Positions 55,537-64,000 of a DNA stretch of 64,000 nt are shown in pieces; position 1 is the stretch's first letter; each line of letters starts with the position of its first letter. The stretch comes from an uncultured virus (IMG/VR IMGVR_UViG_3300046727_000499). Taxonomy: Duplodnaviria > Heunggongvirae > Uroviricota > Caudoviricetes. The stretch is taken from IMG/VR virus record IMGVR_UViG_3300046727_000499. One strand, written 5' to 3'. The notes beneath the pieces were generated by a model. That model did not search any database. It had not been told where the DNA came from and saw only the letters and a list, made by a program, of their open reading frames with translations. A program made the position numbers and the translations under genes.

Positions 55537-56706
55537 ATGGATACGCTCGTGATGTTCGGTGGCGCGGTCAAAGCCCTGGGCGATGGGCGCGTTGGCGGCT
55601 ACCTCATCACCTTCTCCGATGCGGCCAGTCCGGACCTCACCGGCGAGTACTTCACCAAGGACACCGACTACGACCTCGCGGACGGTGACTCGCGCTCGGT
55701 CTATTACGCGCACGGCCTCGACGAGCAGTTGGGCGTGAAGAAGATCGGCCGCTTCACCGCGAAGACGGATGCGATTGGTATCTGGGTTGAGGCGCAGCTG
55801 AACCTGCGTGACGAGTACGAGAAAGCCATCCTCGACCTGGCCGCGAAAGGGAAACTCGGCTGGTCGTCGGGCGCGCCGGCGCATCTCGTCACCCGCAAGG
55901 CGGTGGAGACGAAGGACGGCGCGACAGTCCGCGAGATCACCCACTGGCCGATTGCAGAGGGATCGCTCACACCGTGCCCGGCGGAGCCCCGTAACGGCGC
56001 CGTGGCGTTGAAATCTCTTTCGTCGATTCTCGGTCTCCATCCCACAAACCACACAAAAGCCCTGCCCTCGGGCATGTCGTACGACGATCTCCGCACGCTC
56101 CTCCAGGACGAACTCAACGAGGATTTCCCTGACGACGACGACGACCCGGATAGCTGGAACCGCGGCCTGTGGATTCGTGATGTCTACGACGATGCGGTGG
56201 TCTACGCCGACGAGGAGGACCTGTTCCGTCGCACCTATCAGGTGACCGCGGGCAATGACATCGTCTGGGGGCCGGAGGAGAGCGTCGTGCGCGTGACGAC
56301 CTACGTCACCGCCACCGACGTTGACGAGGCCAGCGACGGTGAAGGCGATTCGGCGATGGGTATGCCCAAGAGTTTCAATCACGGCGTCGCGCCTGCTGCG
56401 ATGCCGTTTGCACAACACATCGAAACCGCGCTTGCTGCGGTGGACGGTGTGATACAGCGCGGGTTCGCGATCAACGAACTGCGCATCAAGTCCGGGCGTG
56501 TCTTCTCCGCAGTCAATCGCAAGAAACTGCAGGAGATGCATACCCAAATGCAGACCGCCCACGCGGCAATGGGAACGCACATCGCCACGATGCAGGCGCT
56601 CCTCAACGAGACCGAACCGGCGGCGAAGAGCAATGCCGGGATCGAGCAGATCTACCTCCGCATGCTCGCACGCGAGGCAGAGGCCCTCGGCGTGGAGATC
56701 GCGTAA
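55537..56706 (+). CDS. Prohead protease / scaffold
   Basis: Homolog of 17342-18523. Confidence 0.85.
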   Translation: MDTLVMFGGAVKALGDGRVGGYLITFSDAASPDLTGEYFTKDTDYDLADGDSRSVYYAHGLDEQLGVKKIGRFTAKTDAIGIWVEAQLNLRDEYEKAILDLAAKGKLGWSSGAPAHLVTRKAVETKDGATVREITHWPIAEGSLTPCPAEPRNGAVALKSLSSILGLHPTNHTKALPSGMSYDDLRTLLQDELNEDFPDDDDDPDSWNRGLWIRDVYDDAVVYADEEDLFRRTYQVTAGNDIVWGPEESVVRVTTYVTATDVDEASDGEGDSAMGMPKSFNHGVAPAAMPFAQHIETALAAVDGVIQRGFAINELRIKSGRVFSAVNRKKLQEMHTQMQTAHAAMGTHIATMQALLNETEPAAKSNAGIEQIYLRMLAREAEALGVEIA

Positions 56707-56723
56707 CGAAAGCGAGTGACACA

Positions 56724-57986
56724 ATGCCCACGTTGGTTGACATGGGCCGCGAACTGGATCAGAAGCGCGGCGAACTGAAGAAACTCTTCGACGATCACCG
56801 CAAGATCATCAATGGCTCCACAGAGTACGACCTGTCCGCCGATCAGGTGGAGGAAGTACGCCGGCGTGAGGCCGAACTGGCGCCGCTGCAGGACGCCTTC
56901 AAGCAGGCAGAGCGCCTCGCCGCCATCGACCGCGACAACCAGAAGGGCGTCGAGGACCTCGGCCGCATCGTGCGTCCCGTGCCGTTCGCTGGCGGCTCGG
57001 CCGACGGTGAGGGCGCGACGCCGGGCAGCACGCCCGCCACGAAGTCCCTCGGTGAGCGGTTCGTCGCCAGCGAGGCGTACAAGAACTGGCGCCCCGGTGG
57101 TGGGCAGCAACAAGCATTCTTTGAGTCGCCGGAGGAACTTGGGTTCACTGCCAAGACGACGTTCACGACGGCTGTGTCCACGCTGACCCAGTATGACCGC
57201 CAGCCCGGCATGGTGATGCTCGGGCAACAGGCGCTCACCATCGCCGATCTCATCTCGCAGGGTGAGACGACGATGAACACCATCCGCTATGTCCGTGAGG
57301 ATACCTTCACCAATGCGGCCACAACCGTCGCGGAGGGCATCGCTAAGCCGGAAGCAGCCTTCGATACCTCTGAAGCGGACGCCCCCGTGCGCAAGATCGC
57401 CGTGACCGCGAAGGTCACCGACGAAATGTTCGCGGACTTCCCGATGATCCGCGACTACGTGGACAACCGGTTGCGGTTCATGGTCGCACAGCGGGAAGAG
57501 GCGCAGCTCTTGCTCGGCAACGGCACGCCGCCGAATATCCAGGGCATCGAGACGACCTCGGGCATTCAGACCCAGGCGCTCGGCACTGATCCACTTCCGG
57601 ATGGCGTCTTCAAGGCGATCACGAAGATCGCCACGGTCGGCTTCTTCCAGGCCGATGGCGTCGTCTTCCATCCGCTCGACTGGCAGAACGTCAAGTTGCT
57701 CAAGACGGCTGACGGTATCTACATCTGGGGCAGTCCGACCGATGGCGGCCCTGATCGCATCTGGGGATTGCCGGTGGTCGCCACCGTCGCCCAGACCCAG
57801 CACACCGCCATCGTCGGCGCCTGGAAACTCGGCGCACAGGTCTTCCGTCGGCAGGGCATCACGCTCGAGACGACAAACTCGAACGAAGATGACTTCAAAA
57901 CGAACTTAATTGCTTTGAGGGCAGAGGAGCGCCTCGCTTTGGCCTGCTACCGTCCGCTCGCGTTCTGCACACTGACGGGGCTATAA
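56724..57986 (+). CDS. Major capsid protein, HK97 fold
   Basis: Homolog of 18539-19795. Confidence 0.95.
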   Translation: MPTLVDMGRELDQKRGELKKLFDDHRKIINGSTEYDLSADQVEEVRRREAELAPLQDAFKQAERLAAIDRDNQKGVEDLGRIVRPVPFAGGSADGEGATPGSTPATKSLGERFVASEAYKNWRPGGGQQQAFFESPEELGFTAKTTFTTAVSTLTQYDRQPGMVMLGQQALTIADLISQGETTMNTIRYVREDTFTNAATTVAEGIAKPEAAFDTSEADAPVRKIAVTAKVTDEMFADFPMIRDYVDNRLRFMVAQREEAQLLLGNGTPPNIQGIETTSGIQTQALGTDPLPDGVFKAITKIATVGFFQADGVVFHPLDWQNVKLLKTADGIYIWGSPTDGGPDRIWGLPVVATVAQTQHTAIVGAWKLGAQVFRRQGITLETTNSNEDDFKTNLIALRAEERLALACYRPLAFCTLTGL

Positions 57987-58013
57987 CCTGTTTCGCTAAG
58001 TAAGGAGCCATCC

Positions 58014-58253
58014 ATGGCTGTGACTTCGACATACATGCCGACCACTGGCCCCACAATCATGCCGGGGTCCAGACAGCGTCTGGCTGCCGGGAGTACAGGA
58101 AGCGCGGGCGCTCCGACTGCCAACGTCACTGGCCTCGGGACCGCCGGTGTCGGTTCGCTCTACACGGACACGACCACTGGCATCCTGTGGATCTGTACTG
58201 CCACGGACGGCGCGACCACGATCACGTGGACGAAGGTTGGCCTGCAGACGTGA
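58014..58253 (+). CDS. Small virion (possible decoration) protein
   Basis: Homolog of 19842-20087. Confidence 0.65.
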   Translation: MAVTSTYMPTTGPTIMPGSRQRLAAGSTGSAGAPTANVTGLGTAGVGSLYTDTTTGILWICTATDGATTITWTKVGLQT

Positions 58254-58633
58254 GTCCCCGCCTCCATGTCGGTCCTGGCCGCGGAGTTCGCGACCCACTG
58301 GGTAAACACGAAGCAGTACGCACGGGCGGGTCGGTAACGATCCGCCAGATCACGGAGGAGACACCGATGTACACGTCTGAAACCGCGATATACGCCGACA
58401 GCGAGGGCAACGTCGTCCCCGAGGACAGCCCCGATGCGGCGATCATGGTGGTTGCCGCCGGCGGCACGATCACGGACGAGGAGGCGGCGAAGTACGGTCT
58501 GACGGACGAGAGCGCGGCGTCCGACGAGGGTGCCGCGTCGAAAGTCGCTGAGCGGTCAGCAGCACCCACCGAAGACAAGGGTCCTGGCCCTGACCCGCAG
58601 GCGCCCACCGGCACGAAGCCCGCCAAGAAGTAG
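58250..58633 (+). CDS. Hypothetical head-module protein
   Basis: Homolog of 20084-20434. Confidence 0.65.
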   Translation: MSPRLHVGPGRGVRDPLGKHEAVRTGGSVTIRQITEETPMYTSETAIYADSEGNVVPEDSPDAAIMVVAAGGTITDEEAAKYGLTDESAASDEGAASKVAERSAAPTEDKGPGPDPQAPTGTKPAKK

Positions 58634-58641
58634 GGTCTCCC

Positions 58642-59184
58642 ATGAGCGTTCCCATCGAGGTCCATGACGCGGTGGTGGCACTGGTTGAGCCGACGCTTGA
58701 CCCCGTGCTCACCGACGCGGAGATCGACGCGGCGATCCTGCGGACGATGGGCTTCCGCACGTGGACGGCGGCGACGACCTACTACCCGGATGTGCTCGTG
58801 ACGCCGACGGTGCCGAACGGGTGGGCGTACGCGCCACTGACGCAGTCACAGGGCCCGTATTGGGCCTATTCGGACCCGAACTTCACGGGCAGTGGCATCC
58901 CCGGTGTCTCCGGTGACACCGAACCGACGTGGCTGATCCCCGCGAGTAGTCGCAACCCGGCGGCCTACGTGCAGGACGGGACGATCACGTGGGCGGCGGC
59001 GGTGCCGACGAACGGACCGTACGATGTCAAGCGTGCTGCCGCAGAATGTCTCCGCGCCAAAGCGCGCAAGGCGATGAACCGCGTTGATTCCTCCGTCCCA
59101 GGCGCGGTCAGTGCACGGGAAAGCCAGATGTATCAACAACTGATGGCCGCGGCCGCGCAGCTGGAACCGGTAGGGCTGTACTGA
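58642..59184 (+). CDS. Head-tail connector/adaptor
   Basis: Homolog of 20444-20977. Confidence 0.7.
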   Translation: MSVPIEVHDAVVALVEPTLDPVLTDAEIDAAILRTMGFRTWTAATTYYPDVLVTPTVPNGWAYAPLTQSQGPYWAYSDPNFTGSGIPGVSGDTEPTWLIPASSRNPAAYVQDGTITWAAAVPTNGPYDVKRAAAECLRAKARKAMNRVDSSVPGAVSARESQMYQQLMAAAAQLEPVGLY

Positions 59185-59185
59185 C

Positions 59186-59557
59186 ATGGTGATACCGTAC
59201 GTCCCCACCGACCGCCTCGACCGCTTCCGCGTGCTCGATGAGCGCGCCATGCCTGACACGTGTGACATCGTCTCAGTGGACCCGGGCACCATCAATCCCG
59301 ATGGCAGTGGCGAGCCCGGCGAAATCACCACGACGACCGTGCCCTGCCGCTTCCTCGATGCGGCCGGCGCGGCAGAGATCCTGTTTGCGATGCGGCTGAC
59401 GGTGGAGGCCGGCGGCATCCTCTGGGTACCGGTCAGCACGGTTGCCACAGAAGAAGACACCGTGACGTTCAAGGGCGACACCTGGCAAATCGTTGGGACA
59501 TCGTTGGGGCAAACCTTTGCCACCAGCCTCCAGCTGGCCGTGAAGTTGGTGGAGTGA
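59186..59557 (+). CDS. Head closure / adaptor
   Basis: N-terminus homologous to 20992-21360. Confidence 0.7.
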   Translation: MVIPYVPTDRLDRFRVLDERAMPDTCDIVSVDPGTINPDGSGEPGEITTTTVPCRFLDAAGAAEILFAMRLTVEAGGILWVPVSTVATEEDTVTFKGDTWQIVGTSLGQTFATSLQLAVKLVE

Positions 59558-59892
59558 TGAGCGTCACGATCAGCATTCAGTCGAACGTCACCCCGCTCGA
59601 TGCCGCCATTGAGCACATGGAACGCATCGAGGAGATCGTGTCGCACTATGCGGGGTTGATTGAGGAACGGGCGAAGACGCTGGTTCCCGTCAAAACAGGC
59701 GCGCTTCGTGCTTCGATAACCACGCATCTCAATGGACTGGTGGCTGAGGTGACCGCCGGTGAGGGCCTGTCGTATGCCGTTGTCGTGGAGTATGGCGGTC
59801 ATAATCGCCCTTCCCAGCCCTTCATGAGGCCAGCCATCGAAGCCTACGCCGACGAGTTCGTCCGCGCGATCATTGCGGTGGTGGGAGGCTAG
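59554..59892 (+). CDS. HK97 gp10-like protein
   Basis: AK.LVPVKTG.LR.SI, YA..VEYG......QPFMRPA. Confidence 0.85.
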   Translation: MMSVTISIQSNVTPLDAAIEHMERIEEIVSHYAGLIEERAKTLVPVKTGALRASITTHLNGLVAEVTAGEGLSYAVVVEYGGHNRPSQPFMRPAIEAYADEFVRAIIAVVGG

Positions 59893-59894
59893 GG

Positions 59895-60341
59895 ATGTCG
59901 CTCACAGCCGTCCCGCGCGCCCTCGACATCCATGCGATTGGCATCGGCATCCGGGCGGCGCTGCTGGCCAACCCGACGATCGTGGCCGCTGTCGGCACGC
60001 GCATCTACCCGGACGACGATGTGTCGAGCGGCCCGTTTCCCTATCTCGTCTACGCCGTGGTCTCCGATCAGACGCAAGGGTGGTACTCACATGCAGGAGT
60101 CAATGACCTCTGGCAGGTCACCGCCGTTGACCGGCCAGCCGGGCCGGGCTACTCGACGACCGTGGTCTCAAACCTCGGCGCCGCCATCCAGACGGCGCTC
60201 CTCGATACCCCATGGACCGTCTCCGGCTGGCACCTGACCGCAGTACTGCGCGAGAACACCCGGCCCTACACCGAGAACGAGCAGGGGGTCGTTTTCCGGT
60301 ATGTGGCCGTGACCGTGAGAGTTGAGGCCTTCAAGATCTAA
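59895..60341 (+). CDS. Tail terminator-like protein
   Basis: L.A.P.I.A.VGTRIY......FPY.VY. Confidence 0.75.
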   Translation: MSLTAVPRALDIHAIGIGIRAALLANPTIVAAVGTRIYPDDDVSSGPFPYLVYAVVSDQTQGWYSHAGVNDLWQVTAVDRPAGPGYSTTVVSNLGAAIQTALLDTPWTVSGWHLTAVLRENTRPYTENEQGVVFRYVAVTVRVEAFKI

Positions 60342-60352
60342 AGGAGTCCATC

Positions 60353-60505
60353 ATGGCAGAGGACAAAGCAGCCGAGAAGCCAGCGAGCAAGAGCGCGGAG
60401 GAGAAGGCAGCAGCGGACGCGCAGGCCCACGCCGAAGAGCAGGCGGCGCTCTTCGAGAAGATGCGTGCTGAGGAGCGAGCTGCCCGACTGGGCAAGGCAC
60501 CGTAA
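60353..60505 (+). CDS. Small charged hypothetical protein (50 aa)
   Basis: AAGGAG SD; read by hand. Confidence 0.55.
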   Translation: MAEDKAAEKPASKSAEEKAAADAQAHAEEQAALFEKMRAEERAARLGKAP

Positions 60506-60566
60506 TCGCTCACCGTGACGAATCGCTCACCGTGACGTTTAGTTGCATCGCATAGGAGGCGACGTT

Positions 60567-61259
60567 ATGACGTTCCTAACAGTTACGACGGGGGTAGGAG
60601 GTGGGATAGGCTGGATCCGCGGCGCAACCACGCTGGCGACCGCCGAACCGTGCTCCGCCATTACCGTGCTCTCGGGCAGCCCGACGACGTACCCCGCCAA
60701 CCAGTGCTTCCGCGTGACTGCACGGGCGCATAGCCTGCTCGATCCTCGCAGCCCAACCATCGTCAAGAACGCCACGGTGGCGGCGAAGACGACGGACTAC
60801 TTCATCAACTGGGGCACGGGCGAGATCGTTTTCTACACGCCGCTCACCGGCACGCCGACGATCACCATCGACTGCGGCTGGATCTCCACGGCGACCGGCT
60901 CTGACCTGCGTCTCCTCTCCCACGTCAACAACTGGCAGGAGGGCACGACCGCCGCCCAGATCCCCGCCGATGAGTACGGCACGCGCATCGTCCCCTCGTT
61001 CGCGGGCAAGGTGTCCGGTACGTTCCAGTTCGACTACTACAGTTCGTCGGACATCGTCGATCTCGGCCACGCCCAAAGGCTGAATGGCAACTACTTCGTG
61101 TTCGCCCTCTACGAGGATGTCGTCACCAACCGGATGCGCATCATCTATGCGAACCTTGGCGGTTTCCCGATCACGGCTCCCGGCGCGGGTATGATAGGCG
61201 GCACTCTCACCGGGGGACTTATGGCCGATGTTACCTTCAGAAATGAAGTTCTCATCTAG
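60567..61259 (+). CDS. Probable major tail protein, unit C
   Basis: AGGAGG SD; position between terminator and chaperone genes. Confidence 0.6.
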   Translation: MTFLTVTTGVGGGIGWIRGATTLATAEPCSAITVLSGSPTTYPANQCFRVTARAHSLLDPRSPTIVKNATVAAKTTDYFINWGTGEIVFYTPLTGTPTITIDCGWISTATGSDLRLLSHVNNWQEGTTAAQIPADEYGTRIVPSFAGKVSGTFQFDYYSSSDIVDLGHAQRLNGNYFVFALYEDVVTNRMRIIYANLGGFPITAPGAGMIGGTLTGGLMADVTFRNEVLI

Positions 61260-61393
61260 CTAGCTATCTACGATGGCGAGCGGGGCGGCGGGCAGCGTGA
61301 CACCCCTCCCAATGTCCTGCTCGTCACGAAAATCAGCGGTGTTCACGAAATCGTGTCACGAAAATCAGGGGTGTTCACGAAAAGGGGTGTTGT

Positions 61394-62088
61394 ATGTCCG
61401 AGAACGGCGCGAGCCCGAACGGCCTGACGGCGATTGCGCGCCTCAAACAGAAGAGCGAGCAGCGGTACATGCCGCAGCCGCTGCAGATTGACGGCGACAC
61501 GTACTACTTCCGCCGCCTCGACGGCTTCCAGGCCGATACGCTCGTCAAGCTGCAGGCGGAAAACCCGAACCTCTCGACGGCGCGCTATGATGCGACCGTG
61601 GCGGCAATGGCATTTGTCAGCGACACGGGCACGCCGCTGACGGCGGACGAGGCGCTGGCGATCGGCGCCTGGTTTTACCAGCCGGCACGGGAGTTCGTGC
61701 AGAAGATCACCGGTGATTTTCGCGATGAGGCGGCAGTGAAAGCCGCTGAACCCGGCCCTTTTATCCAGAAACCTATGCTCTCTATGGTCTCGCCGCCGCC
61801 CTCCACAAAACCGTCTGGGAAATCCGCGACCTCGTCGACGCCGACCCGCTGACCTTCAGGCGACACTGTGACTGGTACGAGACCTTCTGCTCGCAGGAGG
61901 CCGGGATGGGGATTCCCGCCTCAGATCCCGCACGCATCTTCGGCATCGGCCTCAAGGCGATGCGTGAGCAGATGCGCACGGCGTTCCCGGAGCCCGAGAC
62001 GGACGAGCAGCGGGAAGCCCGCTTCGCGGCGCAGGCCGACGCGCAGGTGCAGGCGAAGTTCGAGGCCGCCAGGCAAAGCCAGGAGTAA
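61394..62088 (+). CDS. Tail assembly chaperone G (stop 61852) and GT via -1 frameshift
   Basis: Slippery C-CCT-TTT at 61756-61762; -1 frame open to TAA at 62086-62088. Confidence 0.8.
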
Positions 62089-62091
62089 CGC

Positions 62092-64000
62092 GTGCCTGAT
62101 TCCCTCGTCCGGGTACAACTGCAGGCGACCGGCGCGGACCAGATCCTGGCGACGCTGCGTGCGGTGCGGCAGGAAGTGGCGCTGCTCGGGCAGCAGAGCG
62201 CGCGCATCAACCTGGCCGCGAACACGACCGTCGTCAACCAGCAACTCGGGCAGGTCACGACCCAACTGACGCGCATCAATGCGATAACGGCACGGGCGCG
62301 CGTGGACGTCGATACGTCGCAGGCCGAGAGCAGACTCTCCGGGCTGGAATCCAAGGTCTCGTCGCTGATGACCGGCACCCTGGCGGCAGCCGGGGCGATT
62401 ATTGGCGTGCAGATCACGCGCGGCATCGGCGCGGCGACCGACGCCATCGTCGGCTTCAACAGCACGCTCGAACAGACGCGCATCGCCTTTACCTCGCTCT
62501 TCGGTTCCGCCTCGCGGGCGAACGACTTCATGGCGCAGTTGCAGGACTTCGCCAAGAAGACTCCGTTTGACTTCGAGGCCGTCAATCACTATGCGCAGCG
62601 CCTGCTCGCGGTCGGCTTCGCGGCAAAGGATGTGATCCCCGACCTGACCGCGATGGGCAATGCCGTCGCCGCCGCTGGCGGCAACTCCGAGACGCTCGAC
62701 CGCGTGACGCTCGCGCTCGGTCAGATGCACGGCAGTGTGAAACTGACCGCCCAGGACATGAACCAGCTGATCCAGGCGAATATCCCCGCCTGGCGCTTGC
62801 TCGCGGACCAGATCGGCGTCACCGAGGCGCAGGCGCGGAAGATGGCGGACGCCGGCAAGATCTCCGGCGCGGACGCCTCTGCGGCGATCATTGCCGCCAT
62901 GAGTCAGCAGAACGTCGGCCTGATGGACCAGATGTCGAAGACGTTTGCGGGCCGGCTGGAAAACCTCAAAGACACCTTCCGCAGTGAAATGGCGGATCTC
63001 GGCAAGCCGCTCTTCGAGGAGCTGTCGAAGGCGGTCGATCTGGCGAGCGAGGCGCTGGCGTCGCCGAAGTTCAAGCAGGCCGCGCTGGACATGGTCAACG
63101 ACCTGACGGCCATCACGCGCGCCGCCGAATCAGTTGGCACCGCCTTTGGGAAGATCCCGCCCGGCGTCTCCTCCTTCCTCGAGGGCGCGCTCGCTCCCGG
63201 CCACGCGCTGATTGGCGCCATCAAGTCACTGGGGGCCGGGCCCAACCTGCCGGGCATGACCGTCCCTGAACCGCCCGCCGCCGCAGGCGAAGCCCCCGGC
63301 GGTGGCGCCGCATTGCTCCAGCAGCGCGCGGCCACCGGCATCATGACGGACTTGACGAATCAGGTACGCACGGGCGCGATGACGGCCGACCAGGCGCGCC
63401 AGCAGTGGCGGGCGCTCTCCGAGACGTTCGGCGGGCTCTTCGGCAATGCCTCGGATCTCTCGCGCCTCTTCAGCGGCGAACTCAACCAGGCGATCGCGGA
63501 CCATATCACGCAGGTCAATGACGCGACGGCCGCGCATGAGCGGTTGCAGGACACGCTCAAGCAGGCGGGCCAGGCCCAGGCACTCGGGGCTTCCTCCGAG
63601 GATGTCGGTCGCGCGATCTTCGGCATCACGGGCACGGGTGCGCAGGCGACGCCCGAGCAGATCCAGCGGGCGAAACAGGACATTCAGGACCTGACGACCG
63701 CCTATCAGCGCGCCGCCTCCGTGATCGGCACGGTCGATCTCGCGCACGGCATCGCCGGCTTCGCGGCGGTCGCGCCCGACCTCGCCCGCGCCCGTGACAG
63801 TCTGCGCGACCTCGGCCAGAGCAACCAGGCACTCGACAACCTCGCCTCGCTCGCCACCCAGTTCAAGTCCCTCACCGACGCCACGGATGCGGCGACGACC
63901 GCGTACCGCGGCTTCATGCTCACGCTCACGGAGACCGACCAGAAGATCCAGCAACTGAGCACCTTCCGCGGACAGGTGACGGCCGCAGTCAGCGATGCCG
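62092..64000 (+). CDS. Tape measure protein (3' truncated by window edge)
   Basis: GTG start; F..L.GS...A...M..L.DFA.KTPF, ALGQM, QD.NQL tape-measure N-terminal motifs. Confidence 0.9.
   Translation, partial: MPDSLVRVQLQATGADQILATLRAVRQEVALLGQQSARINLAANTTVVNQQLGQVTTQLTRINAITARARVDVDTSQAESRLSGLESKVSSLMTGTLAAAGAIIGVQITRGIGAATDAIVGFNSTLEQTRIAFTSLFGSASRANDFMAQLQDFAKKTPFDFEAVNHYAQRLLAVGFAAKDVIPDLTAMGNAVAAAGGNSETLDRVTLALGQMHGSVKLTAQDMNQLIQANIPAWRLLADQIGVTEAQARKMADAGKISGADASAAIIAAMSQQNVGLMDQMSKTFAGRLENLKDTFRSEMADLGKPLFEELSKAVDLASEALASPKFKQAALDMVNDLTAITRAAESVGTAFGKIPPGVSSFLEGALAPGHALIGAIKSLGAGPNLPGMTVPEPPAAAGEAPGGGAALLQQRAATGIMTDLTNQVRTGAMTADQARQQWRALSETFGGLFGNASDLSRLFSGELNQAIADHITQVNDATAAHERLQDTLKQAGQAQALGASSEDVGRAIFGITGTGAQATPEQIQRAKQDIQDLTTAYQRAASVIGTVDLAHGIAGFAAVAPDLARARDSLRDLGQSNQALDNLASLATQFKSLTDATDAATTAYRGFMLTLTETDQKIQQLSTFRGQVTAAVSDA

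Noticed and set aside
14486..57803. Many long antisense or overlapping ORFs (e.g. 14486-15403, 18518-19609, 24876-26261, 50930-52192, 56652-57803)
   Set aside because: Shadow ORFs expected opposite GC3-rich genes; no recognisable motifs

Overview
The whole window is phage DNA from related temperate siphoviruses with HK97-type heads. The host is probably Chloroflexota (inferred from the [Y/F]FER..[F/L]..HPE[N] surface domain). No host housekeeping genes are visible. Bases 1-~1000 are the end of a lysis cassette. Unit B (~1-36390, period 35,379 bp) is a complete phage gene set: accessory genes, an attP-like tRNA-Gln 3' half, integrase, CI/Cro, Bet, replication, packaging, head, tail, a GIY-YIG endonuclease and lysis. 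It ends in a second, diverged copy of the same lysis cassette. Unit C (~36390-64000, truncated in the tape measure gene) is a related phage. In place of integrase/attP it has a dif-like site, a Rep protein with iterons, an HNH protein and a Par-like protein, so it looks like a phage-plasmid. The most unusual signal is a family of 15 intact (plus 1 degenerate) 55-59 bp hairpin elements. Their outer arms vary in sequence but stay complementary, around a conserved asymmetric core TGC-R-YGW-G-NNNG-loop-CNNN-WCR-CG-GCA. They occur in both orientations, inside and between genes, and one is nested in another. Comparing units B and C gives filled versus empty sites. No cognate transposase is visible. 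All protein calls come from motif recognition and synteny, not database searches.
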